Positions 17,240-25,586 of a stretch of 64,000 bases of DNA are shown here, piece after piece (positions within the stretch are counted from its first letter, which is position 1; each line of letters begins with the position of its first letter). Source of the stretch: Dehalococcoidia bacterium (GTDB lineage: Bacteria; Chloroflexota; Dehalococcoidia; Lucifugimonadales; UBA2985); contig OZ244718.1 of assembly GCA_965218945.1 (NCBI GenBank), positions 2,621,700 through 2,685,699 of the forward strand, in the 5' to 3' direction. A program made the position numbers and the translations under genes. The notes beneath the pieces were generated by a model, which was given only the letters and a program-made list of their open reading frames with translations, made no database searches and was not told where the DNA came from.

Positions 17240-17885
17240 CGCTCTCCTCCTCCCTGGGCAGGGTGAGCCGGCCCGAAGCCACCGCCAGGGAGAGGTCCTC
17301 CCTGAGCGTCTTCCCGTCTGGGCTGCACCGGTAGGCCGTGATGCCCACCGACTGGAGGGGGACTGTCTCCCCCGTGTCCAGTCCCCGTTGCCAGAGCCAC
17401 TCCGCCCAGGAGCCGTGCAGGGGCAGCGGGCTGCGATTGTCGAGGAAGCGGTGGTGCAGCGCGGGCGCTTCCTCCCCCGCCTGCGCCAGCAGCAGGAAGC
17501 TGTCCCGCTCGAATCCGTACTCGGCGGTCTTGGTGTATACGAGCGCGTGCCAGCCGCCGGAGACCGGCAACCGGGCGATCTTGGTCGTCCACGTTCCGAT
17601 AGTCTCGTGGGGAACGACGCACCGCTTGTAAGCGCCCGAGAGGGCCATGCCGTCCGCGCCCTCGATGATGTGGGCAACGTCCGGCGGCTGCTTGAGCAGG
17701 GATGCCCAAATCGCCTTGAGCGCCGTCTGGGAGCCGACCATCGAGACGAACCAGAGGCCGTCCGTCTCCTCGTCGCGGGCGAAGGCGTCGGCGGTTGCCG
17801 AGAAGCCCCCGGCGCTAATGGTGTACAGAACTTGCCCCGTACTCGATACGGGGGCTTCGGGGTCCATTGTGTGAGTCGCGAGCAT
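17232..17885 (-). CDS. Hypothetical protein (217 aa)
   Basis: Coding-like composition, translationally coupled to the next gene. It contains palindromic element copy c near its N-terminus. Confidence 0.5.
   Translation of the reverse strand: MLATHTMDPEAPVSSTGQVLYTISAGGFSATADAFARDEETDGLWFVSMVGSQTALKAIWASLLKQPPDVAHIIEGADGMALSGAYKRCVVPHETIGTWTTKIARLPVSGGWHALVYTKTAEYGFERDSFLLLAQAGEEAPALHHRFLDNRSPLPLHGSWAEWLWQRGLDTGETVPLQSVGITAYRCSPDGKTLREDLSLAVASGRLTLPREEESDG
17831..17854 (+). repeat. Palindromic element copy c (CTTGCCCCGTACTCGATACGGGGG)
   Basis: It lies inside CDS 17232-17885 and is read as 'APVSSTGQV'. Confidence 0.6.
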
Positions 17886-17999
17886 TGCGACCTCCTTGCG
17901 TGTGAGTTGGGAACGATGCGCGGGGAGCGCTCCCCGGCGTGAGAGCCCGACGGCGTGCGCCGTCCGGTCGTGGAGCGCCCGTCCCGTAGAGGAGGCGGG

Positions 18000-18509
18000 T
18001 CAGGGCATCAGCCCCCGTTCCTTGAGGCTGACGAACCGCTCGCCGCCGATGACCACGTGATCCAGCAGCTCGATGTCCAGCAATTTGCCCGCCTGGACCA
18101 GATCGCGGGTGAGGGCCGCGTCCTCGGGGCTAGGCGTCGGGTCCTGGCTGGGATGGTTGTGGCTGATAATGATGCTGGGGACGGCCTCGATGACCGCCGG
18201 GCGGAAGACCTCGGCATTCCTCACGATGGCCGAGGACACGTTGCCCTGGTAGATGACCCGCTGACCCACAACCTGGTTCCTGGCGTTGAGAAGCAGCACC
18301 CGCATCTGCTCCTGGGCCAGGGGAGCCATCTCCGGCCCCAGCAGCCTGCGCACGTCGTCGGGGCAGGAGATGACGGGTAGGTCTTCCGTGGGGCGCTCCG
18401 GGTGGAACTCCACGTCGTAGCGCGCCGCCAGCTCTCCCAGCAGGTTCAGGTTGCTGCGAAGCGCCTCAAGCAGCGCGGCGTCCTTGGTGGTGGTCTTCTT
18501 CATGGTCAT
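18000..18509 (-). CDS. radC: RadC-family JAB-domain protein
   Basis: 'IISHNHPSQDPTPSPEDAALTRDL...LLDHVVIG' is the canonical RadC JAMM motif. AAGGAGG lies 5 nt upstream of the ATG. Confidence 0.9.
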   Translation of the reverse strand: MTMKKTTTKDAALLEALRSNLNLLGELAARYDVEFHPERPTEDLPVISCPDDVRRLLGPEMAPLAQEQMRVLLLNARNQVVGQRVIYQGNVSSAIVRNAEVFRPAVIEAVPSIIISHNHPSQDPTPSPEDAALTRDLVQAGKLLDIELLDHVVIGGERFVSLKERGLMP

Positions 18510-18615
18510 GTCGGCCTCCTTCGCTATCGGTTGGAACAGAGGCGGGGCCGCCCCTGTGGAGGGAAGCGGCCCCGTGGGTGCGCCCTCGGGAAGGCGTCGC
18601 TATGGGGTTGTGGGA

Positions 18616-18993
18616 CTAGAAGGGAGAGGCGTCGTCCGCCTGACCGTCGTCGCCGTCGTCCTGCCCGCCGTTGCGGGAGTCGAGGAAGACGACCTCGGAG
18701 GCGTGAATCTCGGTGCGGTACCGTCGCTGTCCGTCGTCCCCCTCCCAGCTGTTCTGCACCAGACGTCCGGCCACGTACACCCGCTGGCCCTTGCCGACGT
18801 ACTGGTTCACCGCCTCGGCGGTCTTGCCCCAGACGACGATGCTGTGCCAGTCTGCCTCGGTCTCCCCGTCCTGGCGGCGGCGGTCGGTGGCCAGCCGCAG
18901 CTGAACGACGGCGGTGCCGTTCGGGGTGTACTTCATCTCGGGATCCGTGCCGACCCTGCCCAAGAGCTCTACCTTGTTGATGGTGCGTGCCAT
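18616..18993 (-). CDS. ssb: Single-stranded DNA-binding protein
   Basis: 'INKVELLGRVGTDPEMKYTPNGTAVVQLRLAT...WHSIVVWGKTAE...GKGQRVYVAGRL', with an acidic tail ending 'DDASPF'. Confidence 0.92.
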   Translation of the reverse strand: MARTINKVELLGRVGTDPEMKYTPNGTAVVQLRLATDRRRQDGETEADWHSIVVWGKTAEAVNQYVGKGQRVYVAGRLVQNSWEGDDGQRRYRTEIHASEVVFLDSRNGGQDDGDDGQADDASPF

Positions 18994-19108
18994 TTCGGTT
19001 CCTCCTTAATGTTCTGGCGCTGGCCTTGCCGCGCCCGGTTGAATGAGAGCGGGGCCGTCCCCTGTAGAAGAGGATGACGGCCCCGTCCAGCGTTCCCTAT
19101 GGGAGCGT

Positions 19109-20272
19109 CTAGCTGACCCGCAGGTACTCCGACTCGCTCTCGGTGACGATCTCGGCCCGGACGTCCGGGGCGAGCAGGTTGTTGAGCCGCTTGTAGTCCA
19201 CCGAGTAGCGGCGGGACTTCACCATGCCCACGGAGCGGGTCTTCTCCCGCCCTTCGAGTTTCGCCTTGTCCACGCCCTGCTGGCCCAGCCAGGCCCGGAG
19301 CCTCTCCACCACCCACCGCTTCTCGTCCTCGAACTCGCGGATGGTGTCCTGGATCTCCTCGTACTCGTGGAGGGCATTGCGCGCCTCCTCGTCGGTCACC
19401 GGCGCCGCGGGCTCGGCGGCGTCTGCGGGTTCCCCCTCGCCTTCGGCCTCCGCCGCCGTCCCAGGCAGGCAGACCGCCAGGAAGGGGCAGGACCGGCACT
19501 GCCAGCTGTCTGCGGAGAAGTCCCGCTCCGGCAGGGCGTCGGGGTCTGGCCCGTGCCGGACATGGTGGGCGGCGAGCTCCCCCAGCCACTCGCAGGCCCG
19601 CTCCAGGGCCTGTCCCAGCCGCTCGGCGGGGATGACCTCGTAGTCCCAAACCCTGTTGCCCGTGTCCAGGGTGGCGATGGCGGCGTCCCGCAGGTCGCCG
19701 TAGGTCCCCACCGTGTAGAGGGCTGCCTGGGCAACCGACGCCGGGTGGCTGCGCTCCGCGCCCAGGGCGCGCCACCGTTTGAACGCCTCCGGTCCCCTGG
19801 TCTTGACCTCGACGACCATCTCGTCGCCGTGGGCGGGAGCGGGGTCCTCCCCGAATAGGAACGTCTGCGCCGTGGATTCCGGGGCGGCGGCCTCGCCCAG
19901 GGGCTGGGGCATCCGGCCCGTGGCGTCGGGGTGTCCCGTCACCACCAGGGCCTGCCCCGTACCCGATGCCGGGTTCGGGCCGATGCGCACCGAGACCGCC
20001 TGCGGGTCCCGGGGGTCGGCGGGATTCACCCGCCACCCCGCCCGCTCCATCGCCCGCAGGACGACGGGTTCGAGGGCGTTGCCCGCCTCCATAGCCGTGA
20101 GCGACTCCTCGGTCGGCGGGTTGGTGGGTCCGTGGCCGGTCGCCGCGTACCAGAGAGCTCGGCGGCATCCCAGGGCAGCCGAGGCCCGTATTTCGAGCTG
20201 CCCGTCCTCGCCGAAGCGGGCGTTGGGACGGGAGTAGACTTCCGCCCTGTTGTGGTCAATCGTCGTCGTCAT
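19109..20272 (-). CDS. PD-(D/E)XK nuclease of the Cas4/RecB type with a 4-Cys cluster
   Basis: ATG at 20272. An N-terminal Cys ('LGCRRALWY'), 'VVEVKTR', and C-terminal 'WQCRSCPFLAVC' are present. Palindromic element copy d lies mid-gene. Confidence 0.8.
   Translation of the reverse strand: MTTTIDHNRAEVYSRPNARFGEDGQLEIRASAALGCRRALWYAATGHGPTNPPTEESLTAMEAGNALEPVVLRAMERAGWRVNPADPRDPQAVSVRIGPNPASGTGQALVVTGHPDATGRMPQPLGEAAAPESTAQTFLFGEDPAPAHGDEMVVEVKTRGPEAFKRWRALGAERSHPASVAQAALYTVGTYGDLRDAAIATLDTGNRVWDYEVIPAERLGQALERACEWLGELAAHHVRHGPDPDALPERDFSADSWQCRSCPFLAVCLPGTAAEAEGEGEPADAAEPAAPVTDEEARNALHEYEEIQDTIREFEDEKRWVVERLRAWLGQQGVDKAKLEGREKTRSVGMVKSRRYSVDYKRLNNLLAPDVRAEIVTESESEYLRVS
19951..19973 (+). repeat. 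Palindromic element copy d, degenerate (CCTGCCCCGTACCCGATGCCGGG)
   Basis: It lies inside the Cas4-like nuclease CDS and is read as 'PASGTGQAL'. The right arm is mutated. Confidence 0.45.
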
Positions 20273-20385
20273 GTCGCTATCCTCCTTTGTCCTTTGTCCT
20301 GCAAATGTCCTGTAAATGGGAAGCGGGGCCGCCCCCGTTGGAGACAGCCCCGCTCGATTCCACGCTCTCGATTGTCGGCAGCCGT

Positions 20386-20787
20386 TCATGCGGCCTTCGC
20401 TTCCACCGCCTGCGCCGCCTCTCGCTCCTCCGTGGCCTTCAGGTGCGCCTTGAGGACGTGCGCTATCCCGTCGCCGAGGCCGAGGACCGCCACGCTCCTG
20501 CCGTCGGGCATCCGGTTGAAGAAGGGCTGCATCTCCTGAATCCCCCGGCACTGGTCGATGATTTCCTCGACCGGCGTACCTCTCCGCAGGTGCAGGGAGA
20601 TCAGCCGGCAGGCCAGCTCGGTGACGCCGTGCTGGAAGCTGCCTCCCTTGCCCAGCCAGCCGAAGACCTCGAAGGGCTCGCCGTCCTCGTCCGTCGAGAC
20701 GGTCACGTAGAGGTTGCCGAACTCCGTCTGGAGCTTGGTCGTCGTGCTGGGCAGGCTGCGGGGCCTGGGCCGTGTCGTCGCGGTCAT
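20386..20787 (-). CDS. Stand-alone TSCPD-like domain protein lacking the family cysteines
   Basis: ATG at 20787 (ATGA overlap). 'FGNLYVTVSTDEDGEPFEVFGWLGKGGSFQHG..ELACRLISLHLRRGTPVEEIIDQCRGI' resembles the RNR C-terminal TSCPD domain. Confidence 0.65.
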   Translation of the reverse strand: MTATTRPRPRSLPSTTTKLQTEFGNLYVTVSTDEDGEPFEVFGWLGKGGSFQHGVTELACRLISLHLRRGTPVEEIIDQCRGIQEMQPFFNRMPDGRSVAVLGLGDGIAHVLKAHLKATEEREAAQAVEAKAA

Positions 20788-21290
20788 GGCCTGCCCCCTT
20801 CCGCCCGGCAGAGCGGGAGCGTCCGGCTGCACTCGACGGCCTCCAGCCTCCCGTAGGCCCGCGCCATCCCGGCGTCGCCCACGAAGGACTCGGCCTCGAC
20901 GCGGGTGTCGAACCGCTCGAAGGTGTCCGTCCCGTAACCTCCCCAGTGGGCGACGGCGTGGTAGTGTAGGCCGGGCGAGCAGCTGCGGAGGTATGGGAGC
21001 GCCGGAGCGTACCGGTCGAAGTAGCCCGCGACCTTGAGGGCCATCTCCCGCTCCCCCTCGTCGCCCAGTCCCAGAAGCGTCCTGACGATGGGCTCCTCGC
21101 AGTCCTCCTCGGCGAAGGTCGGGGTCAGCATTGCGTCCCGGACGCAGCCGGGCAGCGAGTTCCACCGCTCCCGGCTGAGCTTCAGCCCGCCGTGGCTGGC
21201 GGTGGACACCCGCCAGACGCCCTCGGCCAGTTCCTCGATGTCCTGGGGAGGCCCCCAGGGCGTGTGCATCGTCGTTGTCATGGTTGTCAT
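20784..21290 (-). CDS. Conserved-looking hypothetical protein ('TPWG...STASHGGLKL')
   Basis: 168-aa ORF with GGAGG upstream. I remember an N-terminal motif of this kind from plasmid/ICE proteins of unknown function. Confidence 0.55.
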   Translation of the reverse strand: MTTMTTTMHTPWGPPQDIEELAEGVWRVSTASHGGLKLSRERWNSLPGCVRDAMLTPTFAEEDCEEPIVRTLLGLGDEGEREMALKVAGYFDRYAPALPYLRSCSPGLHYHAVAHWGGYGTDTFERFDTRVEAESFVGDAGMARAYGRLEAVECSRTLPLCRAEGGRP

Positions 21291-21383
21291 GGCTCGTAAC
21301 CTCCTTGTCCTGTAAATGGAGAGCGGGGTCGTCTCTTTCGGGGCGGCCCCGCTCGATTCCGAACCCGGCGATGGACCGGCCGG

Positions 21384-22166
21384 CTAGGCCGCCTTCGCCT
21401 GCTGCGCCTCTTTCGCCTCCTGGAGCTTATTGGCGGCGGCCTCCACCAGGGGAACCAGCTCCGCGGCCGTCAGGTCGTCGAGGTCCTTGCCCGTCCGGTC
21501 CGTGACGGCGCTCCGCACCTTGTCCTCGTCGAGGCCCTGCTCGGCGGCGATCTCGATGAGCCGCTTGCGCAGCGCCTTGGCCTGTGCGGGAGCGCGCTGG
21601 GGGCGGGAGGCACCGCCGTTTCTGGCCGTCTGCCTGGCGGCGGTCTGCTGGGCCTTGGGCTCCTCCTCCGGCTGGTCGCCGTAGAAGCCGTTGCCGAACT
21701 GGACGCCGAAGCTCCTGAGCGCCCGCTTCATGCCGTCCGTCACGGAGCCCTTGATGGCGGTCTCGTGACCCTCGGCGTTGTCCTCGGCCACGGCGTTGAA
21801 CCCGATGTCGGTGCGGGGCGGCGCGCCGGGGACGGTGACCCGCACCGGGGCGCTGTAGAACTGGATGCGCTTCACCTCGCCGGTCTTCGTATCGACGTTC
21901 TCGATCTCCCGCAGGGTCGCGTCGCCTGCCAGCTCGTAGCCCCAGCCGCCGAAGCCGAATATCCGGTTGGCCTGGTCGATGACGACGTGGCCCTCCAGGT
22001 AGTCATAGGTGCGCCCGGCGCGGCCCTTGCGCTGGGAGACCAGCGCGGGGTCGAGGGGTTGCCCCAGGGCGTCCGTGACGGCTGGCGATAGCCCGTCCCA
22101 GAGCAGCTCGTGCGTCGCGTCAAGCGCGGCGTCGTGTCCGTTGTTGTGTCCGTTCCTGTTCACCAT
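21384..22166 (-). CDS. Rad52/Rad22-type single-strand annealing protein
   Basis: 'YDYLEGHVVIDQANRIFGFGGWGYE...VRVTV...TDIGF......KGSVTDGMKRALRSFG.QFGN'. Confidence 0.85.
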   Translation of the reverse strand: MVNRNGHNNGHDAALDATHELLWDGLSPAVTDALGQPLDPALVSQRKGRAGRTYDYLEGHVVIDQANRIFGFGGWGYELAGDATLREIENVDTKTGEVKRIQFYSAPVRVTVPGAPPRTDIGFNAVAEDNAEGHETAIKGSVTDGMKRALRSFGVQFGNGFYGDQPEEEPKAQQTAARQTARNGGASRPQRAPAQAKALRKRLIEIAAEQGLDEDKVRSAVTDRTGKDLDDLTAAELVPLVEAAANKLQEAKEAQQAKAA

Positions 22167-22343
22167 GTCTGTCTCCTTCTTTGTGGTGTGTTCCTGTAGC
22201 GAATGGCCGGTGCGGTTTCCCTCTATGGGAAGCCGTGGGCGGGCGGAGCCCGTCGCGCATTGGGCATAGAACCTCCTGTGCGGTGATAGTGGGGAAGGGT
22301 GAATGGCGGGCGAGGGAGCCCGCCGACGAGCGGCGGGGAGCCG

Positions 22344-23399
22344 CTAGCGGGCGGAGCGGGCCGCCCGGTCAAGCAGGCGCAGGAGGAGGGCACGCCCCCG
22401 GGGATGCGCCGCAAGCTCGCCCACGTCGCCGACGCCCTGGGGTAGGGTGACGGCAGCGGCCCGGCGTCCAAGCAAGCCCGCAAGCCGCTCGGTGGCCTCA
22501 AGGCCAGCGTCGTCGTTGTCGAAGGCGAGGAAGACGCGGGGGCAGCCCCGCAGGCCCTCCGCCACCTTGTCGACTCCCTGGGTGCCCAGTGCTGCGACTG
22601 CGAGGAGTCCCCAGCCTGCAAGGGCAAGCCAGTCGAAGACCCCCTCCGCCAAGACCACCCAGGGAGGCGCAACCCCAAGACGCCCAAGCCCCAGCGCCGG
22701 CTTGGGGCCGGGCAACGCCTGGAACCGGGGCGTCCGGTCGGGGTCTATGGCCCGGCCCACGAGCCAGCGGACGAGGCCGCCGGAGAGGTCGGGCACGACC
22801 ACCGTCCCGGCGAACCGCTCTGTGCCCTGGGCCATGAACAGCCCGGAGTCCCTGAGACGCTTCTTGGAGAAGCCCTGGGACTCCAGGGCCTGCCGCAGCC
22901 CGCTGCCCGGCGCGTAGCCGAGGCCCAGGCGGGCGGCGGCGGCGGGGCCGACGCCCCGGGAGGCCAGGTACTCCTGAGCCTCGGATTCGAGACGCAGTTG
23001 TCCGGCGTAGAAGCGCGCCGCCACCGTCAGCAGGTTGGGGTCGCGGGGTGGCAGCGCCGCGGCCTCCGGAGGTTGCCGCGGGTCGGCTGGACGGTTGGCG
23101 GCCTTGGGCGCAAGACCTGGGCCGCCGTCCAGCCGCGCGATGGCTTCGGGGAGCGTCAGGTCCTCCATGCGCCGCACGAAGTCCAGCACGTCACCTCCCT
23201 CGCCGCACCCGAAGCAGTAGAACCGCTCCGTATCGCCGTACACCGTGAAGCTGCCCTCCGCCTCGTCGTGGAAGGGGCAGACGCCCTGTCGGACCCTGCC
23301 TCTTCCCTTGAGCCGCACGCCCGCCGCCTCCACCGTGTCTCCCAGGGGGTGCCGGGACTTCAGCGCGTCCAGGTCCACCTGGTCGCCGGCCGCTAGCAT
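22344..23399 (-). CDS. DnaG-like primase (CHC2 zinc finger plus Toprim)
   Basis: 'GVCPFHDEAEGSFTVYGDTERFYCFGCGEGGDVLDFV' is the CHC2 finger. Toprim-like 'VVLAEGVFDWL' and 'FLAFDNDDAG' follow. Confidence 0.85.
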   Translation of the reverse strand: MLAAGDQVDLDALKSRHPLGDTVEAAGVRLKGRGRVRQGVCPFHDEAEGSFTVYGDTERFYCFGCGEGGDVLDFVRRMEDLTLPEAIARLDGGPGLAPKAANRPADPRQPPEAAALPPRDPNLLTVAARFYAGQLRLESEAQEYLASRGVGPAAAARLGLGYAPGSGLRQALESQGFSKKRLRDSGLFMAQGTERFAGTVVVPDLSGGLVRWLVGRAIDPDRTPRFQALPGPKPALGLGRLGVAPPWVVLAEGVFDWLALAGWGLLAVAALGTQGVDKVAEGLRGCPRVFLAFDNDDAGLEATERLAGLLGRRAAAVTLPQGVGDVGELAAHPRGRALLLRLLDRAARSAR

Positions 23400-23851
23400 G
23401 ACGGGCGTCCATCGAGAGGTCTAAGACCCCGCAGGCTCCGGCGAGACAGGACCATGCCCGTCTGCCAGCGCATCCCCAGCGTCGCCACCACCTCCAGGAC
23501 GTCGTCCCTTCGCCTCAGGAGCACGGCCGCACGCCCCGCTCCCTGGGAGTAGAGCAGAGCGTTGCAGCCACGGAATCGCCGCCTTGCTATGTCCAGCCAC
23601 TCGGAGTAGGCCCAGCGCACCTCGCCGCTGGTGGCATCCGTCGCATCCAGCATTGCCAGGGTCCGCAGCGCACCGTCCAGGTCGCCGGCCTGCCGTCTCT
23701 TTCGTGCCTCGTGAACGGCCTTTGCAACGTGTCGAATCCCGGCCTTGCGGATGTGCAGGCACTCCAATACCCTGTCCACCAGCTCCTCCAGGTGTCGGTC
23801 GTGGCCGCCTTCCTGCGCCGGTGTTTCGTTGCTCGCTGCCAGTGTGGTCAT
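23393..23851 (-). CDS. Hypothetical protein, first gene of the long minus-strand block
   Basis: 152-aa ORF with AAGGAGG upstream of the ATG at 23851. It overlaps the primase start by 7 nt. Confidence 0.5.
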   Translation of the reverse strand: MTTLAASNETPAQEGGHDRHLEELVDRVLECLHIRKAGIRHVAKAVHEARKRRQAGDLDGALRTLAMLDATDATSGEVRWAYSEWLDIARRRFRGCNALLYSQGAGRAAVLLRRRDDVLEVVATLGMRWQTGMVLSRRSLRGLRPLDGRPSC

Positions 23852-24288
23852 CGTGTCCTCCTTGCCAATCTATGTATGGTGGTGTCCGATTTTCCGGTAG
23901 TCCGCCTTGTGGGTTTCTGTCCTTTCGTGAAGTTGCACCTCCTTGTCAAATTACTTATCGCCAGAAGCCGGCATCGCTTGGCAGGGGCATGTAGCCGGTG
24001 ATCTCGAGACGCGCGCGCCTCTCCCTCGGTGGGATGCCGGACAGTGAATGGAGAGTGCAGGCAAGAGGGTGGCGAATCGAGGGGTAATGGACGCAGCTCG
24101 GCCCAGTATCATCCAGGGACTATGGGGTTTGGGGAGCTGCGAGACGTGAGGCGGCCAGCCTGCTTCTCAGTCGCAGACCGGCGCGTGTTGGAGCTGCGGC
24201 CTAGTGATTCCCAGCCATGCCGCAGGCATGTCGAAGCGGCCGGGGCGACAGAGCCGCTCCGACCGACTGTTGAGGACGAAACGCAAAG

Positions 24289-24313
24289 CCTGCCCCGTAC
24301 TCGATACGGGGGG
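24289..24313 (+). repeat. Palindromic element copy e (CCTGCCCCGTACTCGATACGGGGGG)
   Basis: Intergenic, about 30 bp left of the iteron array. Confidence 0.6.
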
Positions 24314-24340
24314 CGCTCCGTTCCCGATGTCCAGCGGATG

Positions 24341-24530
24341 GAGCGATCAACCCCAACCGCCAGATCGGTGTCCAGCGACTGAAGCGATCAACGCCAACTC
24401 GCCGGACGGGCGCCGGACGGGTGAAGGACCAACGTCAAACTTCAACCGCCGGACTGGGCCAAGGACGAAGGATCAATGTCAACTCCGTCGATTCGGCCCG
24501 CGCTGGTTGCGAAGGACCAACGTCAAACTC
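24341..24530 (+). repeat. Five iteron-like direct repeats, GA(T/C)CAA(C/T)(G/C)(T/C)CAA(A)C
   Basis: Cores start at 24345, 24386, 24427, 24471 and 24515, giving spacings of 41, 41, 44 and 44 bp. Units 3 and 5 are identical over 'gaaggaccaacgtcaaact'. A tandem 'gccggacgg' x2 lies at 24401-24420. Confidence 0.6.
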
Positions 24531-24743
24531 CGCATCGCCAGCATTCCCTCGTGGGCGACCATTCGATCTGACCCGTGCAACAGGGATCACGCACCCAGGT
24601 TTCTATGGTCGGAAACCTTGGAAAAAGCCTAATAGCGCACCCATTATTGCCGCGCCCGCAAACCACGGGTGAGGGCCTACAGCCCCCCTCCGGAATATTG
24701 CCGCCAAAGTGTTCACAACTAAGCCGGCGCACTCCCGGCCCAT

Positions 24744-25586
24744 CTACCGCCGCCACAGGCCGAGGGTCAGGACGCTCCTGGCCCACCGCAGCAGCTCCTG
24801 CCGCTTCAGCGCTCTCCGCGTGTCGGAGAGCGCTGTCCTGCGCCAGTTGACCTGCCCGCTCCGGTCGAGGCCACGCAGCGGCTGCTTCTCCGGCGGCAGC
24901 GTCATCCCGTGCTCCTCCAGGAGCGCCAGTTCCACCACCAAGAGCCGCTCCCGGGCCGCCAGCCACTCAAGACCCTTCCCGTCGTTGGGGTGTGCGTCCT
25001 TCAGCTCCCGCCACTCGATGATCAGCGGCCACGCCTCGCCGAATATCTCCTCGTCGTCCGGGGCCGGCTCCCGCGTCGCCAGGTCGTGGTGCTCCCGCCG
25101 CATCGACGGCTTCGACGGGGGCTTCCTGCCCTGACCCGACGCACTCCTCTCTGAGCCGTCCGCTTCCGTCTGCGCAGGACCGGCGCCGGCATGACCGGCC
25201 CCGGTCCCCTGGGGGTCGTCACGACGCAGGGCCGCGACCTCGCCCTCGATGGCCGACAGCCGCCTGCGCGCCTCCTTGCCCAGCGTCTCCACCTCGCCCG
25301 CCACGCCCTCGACCCGCTCTTCGAGTTGCTCGTTACGCTGGCGCTGCCGCTCCGCTGCGGAGCCGACGCCCTCCTGCAACGCCCGCTCCAGGGCCTGGCG
25401 CACCCGCCGCGTCAGCTGCCCGGTCTTCGCGCTCTCGGTCACCGTCGCCTGGTCTATATCCAGCACCCGCGCGGCGCCCTTGTACCCCTTCTCCCGCACC
25501 AGCTCTTGCAGCAGCGTCATGAGCCGCATGTGGTAGATGTTCTCCACGTCCTTGCTGTCTTCGATGCCGTGTTCGGTGGTTTTCAT
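24744..25586 (-). CDS. Hypothetical coiled-coil protein with a possible N-terminal HTH
   Basis: ATG at 25586 with GGAGGAAA upstream. 'GYKGAARVLDIDQATVTESAKTGQLT' is followed by heptad-like 'ERQRQRNEQLEERVEGVAGEVETLGKEARRRL'. Confidence 0.55.
   Translation of the reverse strand: MKTTEHGIEDSKDVENIYHMRLMTLLQELVREKGYKGAARVLDIDQATVTESAKTGQLTRRVRQALERALQEGVGSAAERQRQRNEQLEERVEGVAGEVETLGKEARRRLSAIEGEVAALRRDDPQGTGAGHAGAGPAQTEADGSERSASGQGRKPPSKPSMRREHHDLATREPAPDDEEIFGEAWPLIIEWRELKDAHPNDGKGLEWLAARERLLVVELALLEEHGMTLPPEKQPLRGLDRSGQVNWRRTALSDTRRALKRQELLRWARSVLTLGLWRR

Noticed and set aside
18969-20168. 399-aa minus-strand ORF overlapping ssb and the nuclease, plus the N-terminal extension of ORF 19109-20551
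   Set aside because: The composition is off-frame (R/G/P-rich). The nuclease frame with its motifs starts at the ATG at 20272, which is preceded by AAAGGAGG.
23930-23945. TTGACA on the minus strand as the -35 box for the long minus-strand operon
   Set aside because: No acceptable -10 hexamer lies at 16-18 nt spacing. I cannot support it from sequence alone.
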